This document shows, piece by piece, positions 40,832-53,400 of a stretch of 64,000 bases of DNA. The notes beneath the pieces are model-generated. The model saw nothing but the letters and a program-made list of their open reading frames with translations, made no database searches and was not told the origin of the DNA. Every line of letters begins with the position of its first letter. Within the stretch, counting starts at the first letter, position 1. The position numbers were made by a program, and so were the translations under genes. Source of the DNA: Takakia lepidozioides (lineage: Eukaryota; Plantae; Bryophyta); assembly GCA_030704615.1 (NCBI GenBank), contig CM060734.1:27156001-27220000 (forward strand), read 5' to 3'.

Positions 40832-43800
40832 CAGCGTGTCGGGCTCGTCGTCACTCTGTCATCCCCAAAAATCGTGAGAACCAACATCGGAATGAAAACC
40901 ACCATCGCAACGAGCAGCGCAACCACCATCGCAACAATTGTGGAACAACAATGAAAACAAAACAAAACCAAGTATGGAGTGGCATGGAACAACAATGAAA
41001 AACAAATCCAACCAATGCCTAAGAATGACATGCACAAGCAGCCTTCTCCAGAGCTGTCGGCTTTGCACACGCATTGCAAACTATCTAAGGTTCACTAAAC
41101 CAGTAACTTGCAGAAATCAACATGAAACACGATGAACAAATGAACACGAATTCCATAAGACAGGAAAACAAGGTGAAATGTTTTGAAGGCACTTCATCTA
41201 CTCAGACAATCTTCTCAGCTCAGCATGGATTTCCTTAATTCCGAGATGCAACCTGTTATCTACAGCGAGGTGTGCACCCTGTTGCAAATCTGAATGCAGC
41301 AACGACCTGGCTCCTTTCTAACCACTCTGGCCCCAAATGAAGCGTGGGAAAGTACCTGAAACTACCATGTCATGCGGTTCATCCACATGTCGAATGTGGG
41401 GTCAGATAGTTTGTCGGGTTTGGGGAAGCTCCACATGTCCCTTGTAATTTGGGAACCATTCCAGATTTGGAGCCACCGGGTCTGTCCAACCACCCAGCAT
41501 ATTAGTAAGCGCCAAACACCACAAAAACAAATTGTTGCCACTACAATTTGGTTAAGAATGTATAACCTTTTCTGTTGCATCCACACAAGATGTGGCTAGA
41601 CGATGCAACTTCTCCAATGTCATCGTGGGCTTCAAAGCGCGGGAGTAGTGCTTCCCCACCTCCACCAGAAAATCGGCACCAAGGGTGGGATCAGCTATGG
41701 CCACGTACTTTACCATCCGCGACTTGTACTTGATGCGGGCCTTCGCCTCCGCAGCTTTGAGATACGATTCCAGTGCCGGGAGGGTTAGTTTTTTCTCCTC
41801 TGACTCCATGTAGAACCTCCGCGCATGTGCCAAATCCTGCTGAATTTTCGTCTGTCAAGAATGCGCACATAAGATTAGAGATCCCGCTCAACACTTTTTC
41901 TTCTATTGGGGGAGGAGAGACAGATTAGCTCAACAAAACAGTGAGGAGCTTTACCCGAAATATGTAGTCCACCATGGCGTCCATGCTCAGCCTATACCAG
42001 GTTCTGTCTGCCTTTGCCTCCGACTTGCGCAGGAGGTCGGCACTGAGCGAATCGGCAAACTCTTGCACCCCCTGCTTCCCGACATCCTTCACTCGGAAGA
42101 GAATATGGGACAAGTTGGTGGCAATGAAGGCACTCTCAGTCACCCTGCAATGCCACATTTCCATTAAACAATACAAAAATGTTAATTTGCAACAAATATG
42201 ACGATTGGCAATGAAATGACTGTTTCAAATTCAAAGTTCCAAAGCAAGAAGCATTGTAACTTACGAGTTGATGTCTGCCATTGCCGCTTTGAGAAGACTA
42301 CGATCTTTGGGCCCTGCAACCTTAAGCACAACACACTCCATGGCGAAATGTCAATCCAGGTCGTTGGGGTGGGCTTGGGCTATGTACTCTATCCATGACA
42401 GGAGGCGATGATTGCTGTTTCACACGTAAAACATCTTTCCGGACAAGTGCTGGAAAAGAGGATCAGTAGCAATCAATCTCTCGAACTCCTCATTTTGCCT
42501 TTGCCAATGGGGACCTCATTTGTCCACCTCATCGGAAGTGTGGGCACGAGAAGCTCCGTGGTCGTTCTCCATGGAAACGTAAAACGCTGCAGACCCCATT
42601 CGATATCCCTCCCGGAAAGAGAATTTCAGCTTGTCGATATCGGGCAGGTCTCACCACCTGCAATGAAACCAAGCGCAAAGGGGAATCCGAAGCTTGGTCG
42701 GGTACACCATGCCCCCCATGATCCTGCCAATGTTGTTGTGGGTTGCCTCCAACATCTTGGCAGCGGCCAACTTCATATCCGCCTCCGACATGACGTCTGT
42801 TGCAGGGGGGTTCTCCGGTAGCCCACCCGGACCACCAAATCCAGCCTGTATGCTGCGGGTTTGGGGCCTGGGGATGTCCGGGAGGATGTCATCCTGGTCA
42901 GAAAGCTCCCTCTCGTCGTCCTCAACATGGTCATCCTCCGGCGGAAGCACCTGGAGCACTCTCTCCGTCTCTACTGCCCTCTCCCTGGCTTCACCTCGAA
43001 CTTGCACAATCCGTGCTCTTTGTGGTGTTCTTTCACCTCCTCCAGTCTCCACCGTATGGGTAATTGTGGGGGCTGCTCCTGCCCGCGATGGTGTAACCGG
43101 TGTGTTACTGCCTCTTTGTGGTGTCTTGGACGGATCCACCGTCTCTGTGCGTCCCTCGCTTACATGGGCATCTGTCATTGCGACACCCCTGGCCTCTTCA
43201 GTGGCATTTTCTCTTGCCTCCTGGCTAGCCTTCTGTCTCGCCTGTTCTTTTGCCCTCTCTTTTGCCCTCTCACGGGCCTTCTGTTTCTTACTAGGGGTAG
43301 CAGCAGGGGAGGCCTCTAGGATGACCACCTTTGATTGAGGCGAACTGACACCCTCGCGCACCCTGCTCACTCCCCCCTCCGCAGCCCGTGACGGCTCTCT
43401 CGTCGGGGATTGCATGTGCTTGGCTTTCTTCTTCTTCTTTGCGTGGGTAGGCCCTACTGCATGTGCATCAACATCCTCCATTGCCGGATCTGCTGTCCTC
43501 ATCCGACGCCCTTCACTTGCCATGCCGCCTGCACCAACCTCCCCAATGCCTATTCTGTCGTACTCTCGCTGCAGGTCCTCCTGTCCACCAACAAAAGGTT
43601 TTAGTTTGCCCTCCCGCCCCAAGTTGGGCGATCCAAACATGCGATGAGTAGCGGCTTTTGGAGTCACTGCTCGAGCAGTTGGAGCTATCGATGATACCAC
43701 CAGCGTGTCGGGCTCGTCGTCACTCTGTCATCCCCAAAAATCGTGAGAATCAATATCGGAATGAAAACCACCATCGCAACAATCATGGAACAACAATGAA

Positions 43801-44179
43801 AACAAAACAAAACCAAGTATGGAGTGGCATGGAACAACAATGAAAAACAAATCCAACCAATGCCTAAGAATGACATGCACAAGTAGCCTTCTCCAGAGCT
43901 GCTAGCTTTGCACACGCATTGCAAACTATCTAAGGTTCACTAAACCAATAACTTACAGAAATCAACATGAAACACGATGAACAAATGAACACGAATTCCA
44001 TAAGACGGGAAAACAGGGTGAAATGTTTTGAAGGCACTTCATCTGCTCAGACAATCTTCTCAGCTCAGCATGGATTTCCTTAATTCCGAGATGCAACCTG
44101 GTATCTATAGCGAGGTGTGCACCCTGTTCTGGCATGCAATCTGAATGGAGCAACGACCTGGCTCCTTTCTAACCACTCT
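38441..44179. repeat. ~2.9-kb direct tandem duplication (38441-41329 / 41330-44179)
   Basis: Near-identical ORFs offset by 2890 bp (39804/42694, 39308/42198). Junction 'accactctg|gccccaaatgaagc'. Confidence 0.95.
41330..43700 (-). pseudogene. Duplicated 5' half (ParB-like part) of the ParB-MTase gene, lacking the MTase
   Basis: Same exons and mostly the same stops as 38441-40831, truncated at the duplication junction. Confidence 0.85.
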
Positions 44180-44499
44180 GACCTTGATCATTCTTCTCAA
44201 CAACTCGTGCTTTTGCGATGCAACCATGCGCTTCCAGGGCTGCCAGGCGGAAGATGCGAAAACAAACTAAAAAAACGAAGAAAACCGAAAGAGGAAGGGG
44301 CGGAACTTGAGAGTGCTCGGCTTCAGTTGGCGCGGGCTGTGAGCAAGACAATGGAATTTCCTGCTGGAGCTTAAGTTTGGCCATGCGAGAGGTTTCTCCT
44401 TATGAATTTGAATAACCAATTCAAACAACTTTGTTGAAGTTCAACTTTGGTCCATATGTGCTTAAGTACGTACAAATCACGTACACAAAGTTGCAAGCG

Positions 44500-44715
44500 A
44501 AGAAATAATCATTTGCCCCCCGAACGACTCGTTAAACCTTTCAACCAATTTTCAATCATGAATCATTTAATAGGGGAACTATTGGTTCACCCTTAGAGCC
44601 ATTTTAGATTGACCTCATACTTGTCCAGTAACTTAAAGAGGGCATGTACAACACACTCCCAAAGTTTCAAATCAATCTAAAATCATTTGGCAGGGGAACA
44701 ATTGGTTCACCCATT
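44500..44715 (+). repeat. Degenerate 120-bp satellite-related units inside arm A
   Basis: 'ggttcacccttagagccattttagattgacctcatacttg...catgtacaacacactcccaaagtttcaaatcaatctaaaatcatttg' aligns with the satellite monomer. It is also close to the reverse complement of ~58795-58955. Confidence 0.8.
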
Positions 44716-44896
44716 GACCCGGTGTACACTGCCACTCTTCAAGATTCGTGGGTGTGGTGCTTGATTATCCCATATGATGGACCCAGGTGCCATGGCCAAG
44801 TAACAAACCATTAAAACATTATGGTACGAAACAAACACAATTGAAAACAACATTTATTCAAACATGATGTACAGTCAGAGGTCTACAAGTTTCTAT

Positions 44897-47115
44897 TCAT
44901 CCTCCAGCAATTTTTGGGCTCAGGCCAATTGAATAGCCCCGCTTCACAACATTTTCTAGTTTGTACCGCAACTCTACTGTGTCTACACACAAGTTTTCCA
45001 GAGCGGAAGCAAAACAGGTTCCAGTAGACATATCGTTGAACAGACTTGCATCGAACATGTTACCCCCATTTATTGCCTGGGCTATCTTCCCAATTGCAAA
45101 GGTCTCTGATGGCACGGTTAGAAGGGGCCTACGAGGTGTGTCATCTGACTGATTGTTGGCTACATTATGAACAATTGCAATTTCAGGTGCAATCCACCAT
45201 CTATGTGTGAGAGTCTTTATCATCTTGTCTCTGCTCTCGAAAATGCACAACGTGGTTTTTGGGTCATCCGTCGTGGAGGCCATCCCCCAATCGCATACCC
45301 CGATGTACACATCTTCAGACCCTTGTGGAAAATGCAACAAGATGTTGTCGGGGGACATGTTGTTGTGCAAGAGGTAGTGATTATGGACGTTGAGCATGAT
45401 GTGCAAAAGCGCCCATGCCAATTGGGTGCGATTATGTCGGAATCAAACTAGTCGGTTGACCTCCTGCATTTCCTGCTCCGTCCCCCGTCGTTCCATTAAC
45501 TCCCTGTTATCCCGATCATTCCCCCATTTCCTGTCAATACTCAACCATGATCGTATGGTCCCCCTATTCCACCAATGTGTGTAATCTTCATTTCGACGTG
45601 GATGCAACGCAAAATACTTTATGATGCCGAAATGATGGAACTTTATAGCCAACGCCTCATTGTTATGTTGGACTTTGGCAAGCTCAGCATTTGTTTCCCT
45701 GGGCGTTTTCCCTGCTAGCTCCCAAGATGGAGGAATAAATTGATCCCCAACAATTCTAACCCTCCGAATTGTACCATACCCTCCCTGTTTGGGCGCGCCG
45801 AGTTGTTGTACCTGTGCGTTTGTGGATATGTATCTCACGTTCAATGCCGCATCCGCGGACGAGGACCCTGCCTTCCATGGGAGTGGTTTTGTACGTCGTT
45901 TGGTGTGGGCTTTTGCCATGTCAGACCACCAATCCACAAGCACAAACAACTCCTCATCCGAAGTTGGCATGCGACCTTCAGCTACAGGTGTTCTCGTAAC
46001 AAACTTGTCCATGGTTTGCCTCAGATTCCATGTGGAATCATGGGCCCGGTCCTCCATCCATTTCGTGAACTGGAACTTCGCCCTGTCCTCCTCCCATTCA
46101 TCCCCGGCCAAAGCCTCCCTCATTCTCATCTCCATATTGTGCTGAAATCTAAGGAACCCCTCATTCCCATGTCGGACATACAAAAGATTCAAACGCATTA
46201 TGTCATTGTCCTTCAAATAATCCAGCACTACTTGTGTCGCGGCCCTTTGCCTTGAGGGCAAGGGGGTCGGGACACATGAGGGGCTGCCCCTGTGGTGGGG
46301 GCAGCGGCAGCGATAGGTATGGGGGGCTGAAGCACCCTTGAGTGCCCAAGGCACTCAGGGAAGCGGAGGCGCTCACTAGGTGGAGCCCCGCACACCGGGT
46401 TGCGGTGGGGGTGGCTCCACAAGGGGTGGTGGTAGCTTAGCGGGACTTAGTGGGGGTGGCATAGGACTCACCATGGGGGCGGAGACCTCGTGGTCGGAGT
46501 CGTGGGGAGTCTTGGGACTCATCACGGTCCATAGGGGCCGTGGTGAGTGGGCCAAGACTCACCGCGACTCATTACCGGGAGTCGAGGGTTTTCGTGGTGG
46601 TTCGCCATAAAATGGCATGGCTGGTTGTGAAACCCCCGCGGACAGCTACAGAAGTATATATAAGGGGAGTAGTGACCCGAGAACGGTGCAAGCCCGTTGG
46701 TGACCAAAAAACTAGTGAGTAAGCGAGCGAGCCGGAAAGCGACCAAAGAGTGGGGAGCTGTTCCGGACTGCCATCTACCAAAGGGAATTCTCCTAGTCCC
46801 AAATAGGTGGAGGGTTTAGTGGGAAGCGAAGGGGGACCGTTATGTCCCAGTGAGCAGCCGAAGCTCCAAGTTGGCCCGGGCGGTCAGGTTGGGAGTCAGG
46901 CGCGCGCACCGAAGCGAGTAACTATGACTTGAAGGGGAGCTTATCGAAGTGAGATGCGCGACAACTTGCTTCACCACCTTCGCGGCCTCTGCGCTTGGAT
47001 AGTCTTTTTTTGTTGACCTGACTATCCCGTTCATGTGCATGTTTACGCTTCCTACCTTTACGCCCACTTCCCGAGGAACCCCTGACACTGCGTTCGAAGC
47101 AACGTTTCCGGACAT
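44897..47115 (-). pseudogene. Atypical protein kinase (element cargo, copy 2), interrupted by a solo LTR
   Basis: 'QGGYGTIRRV', 'LAGKTP', 'HNNE', 'HNNMSPDNILL', 'VCDWGMA' and 'WWIAPE'. One in-frame TGA at 45443-45445. The frame 'VVKQV|VLDYL' rejoins across the LTR, as in copy 1. Confidence 0.88.
46235..46963 (+). mobile_element. Solo LTR (729 bp) with 5-bp TSD ACTTG
   Basis: TGTCGCG...CGCGACA flanked by ACTTG at 46230-46234 and 46964-46968. Same family as 26833-27555. Confidence 0.96.
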
Positions 47116-47509
47116 GATGAAAGTACTCTGCGGAATAGACGCGGCTTCGTAACGGAAAACTAAACCCAGACTATTGATAACCTTATATACTAGCAGACCA
47201 ATTTCCTCACCCTCTATTGGTATAGTACCCAAAGCAAACTCTCCCGTAGTCCCAGGAAAAAAAAACAAAAACTCCTTCCCTATACAAATCCACTTTCTCC
47301 CCCCCCACACTCAGTTTTGGCCACCGAAGTTCAAACTCCAAGAAGCCCCAGAACCGCACTCACAGAGAGGGAAAAAAATGGGTTGGGAATGAGGGGTAGG
47401 CCCTTCTATACTGCCTGGAGAGGCCTAACGTGCGACCGCCTCTGATGCCTATTCACGCCTCGCCACGTGTCCAGAGAGCAGTCGCACCTAATAACAAAAA
47501 AAAAAAAAT

Positions 47510-47892
47510 TCTGCGACCACCACGGGCCGGTGGTCGCACCCATTTAAAAAATAATTAAAAATGTGCGACCATCCCCTGCTGGTGGTCGCACCCATTTAAA
47601 AAATAATTAAAAATATGCGACCATCCTCTACTGGTGGTCGCACCTATTTAAAAAAATTGCGACCAACACCTGTTGGTGGTCGCACCCAATTTTTTTTTAA
47701 AAAAAAAATGTGCGACCACCCTCTGCTTGTGGTCGCACCTATTAAAAAAAATGAAAATGCTGCGACCACCACCTGCTGGTGGTCGCACCCATTTAAAAAA
47801 TAAGAAAAAATGTGCGACCACCCTCTTCTGGTGGTCGCACCTATTTTACAAAAATAAAAATTTGTCTAACCAACCTTTGCTGACGGTCGCAT
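47510..47892. repeat. Array of TGCGACCA-n-TGGTCGCA hairpin units separated by A-tracts
   Basis: About 7 copies of an imperfect palindrome at ~45-55-bp spacing. The same family occurs, mostly reversed, at 63645-63970. Confidence 0.9.
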
Positions 47893-48131
47893 GATTGACA
47901 ATATAAATCATAATATATGAATTTTACAAACAATTAATGAAGTCCACGTAATGAGGCCACATCGGTTGCCACGTCGGTTCTCATAGTAAATAGTCAATAA
48001 TAAAGTAAAAAAATAAACATATTTATGTACAGTAACGTCGGTTTAGGACGTGACGTGACGCACGTCCGTCGCTGACGTCGGACGTGACGCTGACGCGTCA
48101 ACGCCACGTCACATCCAAATTTGCAACTAGG

Positions 48132-49533
48132 ATCCCCAGGAAATCGCCCAGCACGGGTACGATGCAGCAAACAGGGTAGCAGCAAAGCGCAGACGCCATA
48201 ACGCTCTTCCCGCGAGCTCAGAAGCACTGCTCGTGCTTCTGACGGCGGGAGAGACATCCTAGGGCTCTTGCCCGATTTTTCATCCGTGCAGGATAAATAA
48301 TCAACACCACATCCTTTAAAACCCGACAGATTTTATCCGTAGCTAGGTTAAACGGTAGGTTTTAGGGTAGGGGTTAGGGTTTCACACCTTAACTAACCAT
48401 AATTAGGGGTAATTAATATCAGTCCAGGGCCATCAAAAACTGTACACTTCATCCGGTTCAGATGAAAAAAATTATTGAGTTCATCCGTTGGAAAAAGTCC
48501 AGCAGTAGGATGAAAAAACAGGAAATAGCATCCAAGGCATCGGTTTTACATCCTTACAGGTAATTCCACATCCCAAAAATGCCGCATCCGGTACGGATGA
48601 AAAAGCAATAAAAGAGGAATGAAAAAATTAATATCCTGGCATTTTTCACGGTATGGATGGAAAAATAGGATGCAATGGCAAACCCCCACAGAGGTAATTC
48701 CTCATTCTCTGATGACTCATCCGGTATGGATGAAAGTCAATAAAAGAGGAATGAAAAATCAGAGACTCGTCTTAGAGGTAATTCAGTGTCCACCCTGGTA
48801 GTTCATCCGGTATGGATGAAAAATCATTATAGGACGGGTGAAAAAACTGCCAGAGTCCATCCGGTATGGATGAAAACACAAGAAATTAACACTGAAAAAA
48901 CCGGCCAATTCCAAGGATGGAGGGAGACAAAGGGAGAGAGGGGGCACCCACCAACCAGCCCCTGGTATGGCAGTCCCTTATGGAGTGAGTGTGGTATGCA
49001 CTCACCCCGTAAGGGAGTGCATACCAGACCCCTTCATAAGGTTTCTCCCTCTTCAAAGTAGATTCCAAACCCTGGATAGTTATGCCATAGGGGTTGGAAA
49101 GGCCTACTTCCTCGCATTTCCTTGTTTAAGGACCAATAATTGGGTGTCATGGATCAACAAACAGGGATAAGAGAACACGAGACAAACCCCTCCAAACAAG
49201 TGTAACGCAGGATGGTAGCAACTTGCTGCCCATCTATACACCATCCTGGTTTTAAGGCCAGTTTTTCCAAAGGTATGATAAGCACATAGCATATTACAGC
49301 ATATTATCAGGCTGCCATCTTAAAAATCAGGGCCTCCTCTTCTTTAGAACTTGACAACCACTGAGGCCTTACCCATAAAACTCACCTCCTTTTTAAGGCC
49401 AAAACAGTACCTACCTTAATAATCCACAAGCACCGCTGTCAAAGATTACAAGACAAGGTAAGGTCCAGATGTTGGGCTTCAAGAGACATGCCTGCCAGGC
49501 CGAAATGCTCCATGAAAGGCAGCAAAACATAAG
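48132..49533 (-). repeat. Inverted continuation of the macro-repeat (rest of copy 2 and start of copy 3)
   Basis: Reverse complement of 31138-31367 joined to 32895-34065. It ends with AAACATAAG (49525-49533), the reverse complement of the target. Confidence 0.92.
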
Positions 49534-50439
49534 GAGGTTAGCTATTTCATGAGCATGAGCGGCATGAGCGGCATGAGCGGAGTAGTAAGACAATCGGTTT
49601 TCATGAGCAGAAGTACAAATTCTGCAAATAAAAAATATAAAAAATATTATTTTAATGGGATGTGTCAGGGAAAAAAGAAAAAAGAAAAAAACCAATATAT
49701 ATTCATTCTTTGAAGTAGAAATTGTAGTTTTGAGAGCCGTGCTCATGATATTTTGTCTTCCGCTCATGCGAATTCCGAGCGACATCTGCAAAAATGGCGC
49801 CGAATTTCACGGTAATAGGTTTCGCAAGCAAAAAAATCGGCGACGTATTGCGCGGTAATAGGTGTCTCCGGCGAAAAATGGTGCGGAATTTTGCCGTTAT
49901 AGGTCCCCTTCTTGAAGTGTAAGCCAAAATTTGGAAATGTGTGAGCCGTTTAATTTCGGTACATGGTAATTCGGTGCATGGTGTACAGGGCATTGTACAA
50001 ATGTTGGGCAATTCTGGGCCATGTAACTGGAAATTCGGCGCCATTTTTCCAAACATCGTTTCCAGACAATGTGGGAACTTAGCCAGTTTTCGGCCCAAAA
50101 AAGGGAAATTCGGCGCCATTTTTCCAGAAATGGCCCCCTCAACTGCAACTGTTGGAACTCCCAGATTTTCTGGAAGATTTGCAAATTTTTCCTGCCGCCA
50201 TCTTTGTATTGATTCTGTTTCGACATTGAATTGCCACTGGCCGTCAACGGATATCCAACAGTCCTAGTGTTTAAAAGACATCACTTTAATATGTTGCTAT
50301 CTCATTCTAGAGTTTTGGGGTGCAATTCATTACACTGCAAAACAAAGTCTAATGCATCAAAATGCAATTGCAAATATCATATGGTGGATGGATTCCCATA
50401 TTCCCCATCAATGATTACTGGAATCCCGGCCGAGGAGTT

Positions 50440-53400
50440 TGTGCAGCTATTCACGCTCAACACTGGTGCATGAATAAAGTCATCAATAGTCAAGTTCATC
50501 CTCACCTCTTCAGGTTAAATGTAATACAGATGCTTGCACGGATAATACTTTGACCCCTTCTTTGCTTCCATCAACGAGAAGTCCGTACAATTGCTCCACT
50601 CCAATCGTAATTGTGTATACGTCATCGCGTACAGGCTGACCAGCCATTTGCATCCCGATATAACACAGCCCAAGGCCGGGTGGGGGTACGTCCACGGAGC
50701 TCTGAATAGTGCAGCCATCCCAAGAGCATTGGCAATCGAGTCTCATCTCAACCTGTTGGGAGGGTGTCGTCTCTTCACTCTTCCGAATCACATGTGGGAT
50801 GTGCAGAATTGTCCAATCCGTCTCTACTGAAGACGAGCAGTCTGCAATGGGTGGGTCTGAGGAACTAGAAACGAGTGGCCGGGACGTCTGTGCATTGCAC
50901 CATTCAAAATCTTGCTGCAGAAAGAGCATCCGCCTCATTCTGAGAGAGGTTGCAATCCGGTTTTGTGGTTGCAATGTGCAATAGGCCAGACGCCCGGAGG
51001 CTCCGACATTCCCTGAATCCCGTACTTGGGGTTACCAAATACACATGTCATTATGTCGTGCCTACAGAACCAAAACGTCTGCGTTGTGGCGTGAGAGAAT
51101 GTGGGAGTCAAAAATGCTGAAACAAGGTACAGGTACAGCACCGTGTGGGTTCCTCCGAATCATCTCACCACAGCATGCTCTCGTATCCACCCGAATGGCG
51201 CAGCACTTCCCTCGAAATGCCGGCAATGTCCTTGCAATTCTCCACTATGACTCCGACACTCTTGTCTCCACAATGGGTTGTTGTACTGCGTTACTACAAA
51301 TGGCTCGTTAGTTCCTCGGGGCCCGTGCCCTGTGCTCAAAGGAGATGGCGATCTTGAACGTGCAGTGAGGACTTGCGGTGCTCGACCAAGACCTCCTCGG
51401 GCAACATCACGGGACCACGAGGGAGCGTGAGAATATTTTTGTCAGCTCGCCATGAATCATCTTCTCCGCCAGGTGCCTCGTCAAGTCTTCGTCTCACTGG
51501 ACAGGTGTGAACATCTCATTCCAAGTGTTGGCCTCTTTGAAGCAATGGCGTGTCCCGAAGGCCCTCTCGCAAGGCTGCCGCCCACTTGCGAGGATTCTTC
51601 GATTGAGGCAGGTAGTCCGCACAGCATTCCTGACCTGTCCGGCCCCAAGCCCCACTGTTTCCCTTTCAAGAACTCGTGTGTACCTGCATTGCTGCATATT
51701 GACCTGACAATGTCATTCGTTTTGTGGCAGTGGAGGATGTCCACCAGAAAGATGCTCCGAGAGGAGGCACGCCAGGAAAAGAATGTACTGATTCGGCCAT
51801 GTTTGTTGGCGGCATGTCGGTGTCGGAGTCCAGACACATTTCCTGCACATGCACATGTTGAGGGTACAAGCAAATACAAATAACGAGTAGCATAATATTA
51901 ACGGGACACGAATTCGTCCAACTCACCTCACGCATATAGTCGCGAACTGAGACAGGAACGATAATGCCACCCAAGCTAGCCAACTGACCATTGCTCCCTC
52001 GTCTGATTTCTTTACAGCAACTGACGTTGTCCACACAAGCCGTATACATGCAAACGTGTCTCTGCATCATCCAAGGTGGGGGCACGCTTCCACAGCAAGA
52101 ACATGGAACGGTGCTCCTCTCTGAAATCTGCGCCACGAGCCAGATTGTGTACTGCGACAAGCTCTGCAGAAAATGGAACCCCACAAGATCTTTCCTATGC
52201 CTTCCATCGGAACATTGGGGTCTCCCCGTACACCCTCTAGGATGGCAGCCCAATTGCTTGTGCGTTGTCCGCCATTGAAACCACGGAAATTGGGAGGGGG
52301 GCAATCCCGCCCTGGCCATCTGTTCGTTATTCCTTGCCAAAGAAGCATCTCCGATTGGTGTGTCCTCTCCTTTCATCTCACAAATATCAATTGTCATTAG
52401 CATACTGTAAGTGGGTGTCGTAGACATGTGCAGGCCATTGTCACCCATTGGTGATTTGCTAATTCGCTTTGATATGGTCGAACATGACCCAACTGTTTGA
52501 CAAGTCCCCACTCGTCATCCGGTCGACCAGTTCAGACGCCACTGCAGGCCCACACATGGACATTTTGAATACGAAAACAACGATCTACCTCAGTCCCTTG
52601 TCCAGGAAACCTACTTCCATGAATGTAGTCATACCACATCGTCGTTCACCTCCAGAATGGAGTGGATACGAAGCCCACGCCCAATTTTCTGTTTGCCAGG
52701 AGACAATTTGGTTTCGGACATTCGGTGAACAGACGTGGGACACCGACTCCAGCAATGCCTCCTAGTTTCCTCTCATGAGAGGAACTCTGTCGGAGCCGTC
52801 TTTTCCGACATAATTCTGGCCGAAGTGCCATCTTATGGGCGGCCTGCAGCTGTGATCTGTTTGGTGTTGGCATTAGGTGCAACCTAACCTCTTCCGGACA
52901 GCGAGCTGCTCTGTCTCGTGTGGCAGCCTCCCTGCGAGTTCCCCCTCGCCAATGTGACAATGGGGAGTAGCGAACCAACGTGTATGCAACGCCACGTTTG
53001 TCAGAGGTCAGGGGGAAACGGTTTTTTATTGCATACACATACCGAACTGCCTTGCAGCATTACAAATGCAAATAGACATGCAATGTGGTGGTTCTTTGCA
53101 ATGCGCACACTTAAATGTGGAGTTTGGAACCTTCTTCTGAGCTCAAAATGGTTGATGAGCTCGCTGTTGCCTGTCCAATCCGTCGTTTCCTGTGACCTCT
53201 GGATTTAAAGGTGGAAGCAAGTTGGGAGAAGAAACCACCGCAACGCGCCCCACACAAACAACGTAGCGCCCCGTCACACCATCGAGCATTCATCTGCTGG
53301 TGGTTTTGGTGACGCACCAAGGTATGACCGTCATGTTTCCTATCCATAACTATCAACATTCCGGCAACGCCATCCTCAAATAGTCCGTTCGAGGAGGGAA

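Larger units (their letters stand above)
34622..48131. mobile_element. Giant Mutator-like element, arm A (TIR at 34622; cargo: ParB-MTase and kinase)
   Basis: Starts GGGGGTTGCTATTTCATGAGCGGCATGAGC directly after target CTTATGTTT (34613-34621). Matches the end at 49534. Confidence 0.85.

Noticed and set aside
39518-43338. Long plus-strand ORFs (308 aa, 214 aa and others)
   Set aside because: Antisense shadows of the GC-rich minus-strand ParB-MTase exons.
24966-48131. One 23-kb element bounded by CCTAGTT...AACTAGG inverted ends
   Set aside because: The flanks are unrelated (LINE vs macro-repeat), there is no TSD, and the two ends and their kinases are strongly diverged.
48040-48131. Helitron 3' end (hairpin + CTAG)
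   Set aside because: Both copies end CTAGG and are not followed by the host T of an A|T site. No Rep/helicase is seen, whereas MULE evidence is present.
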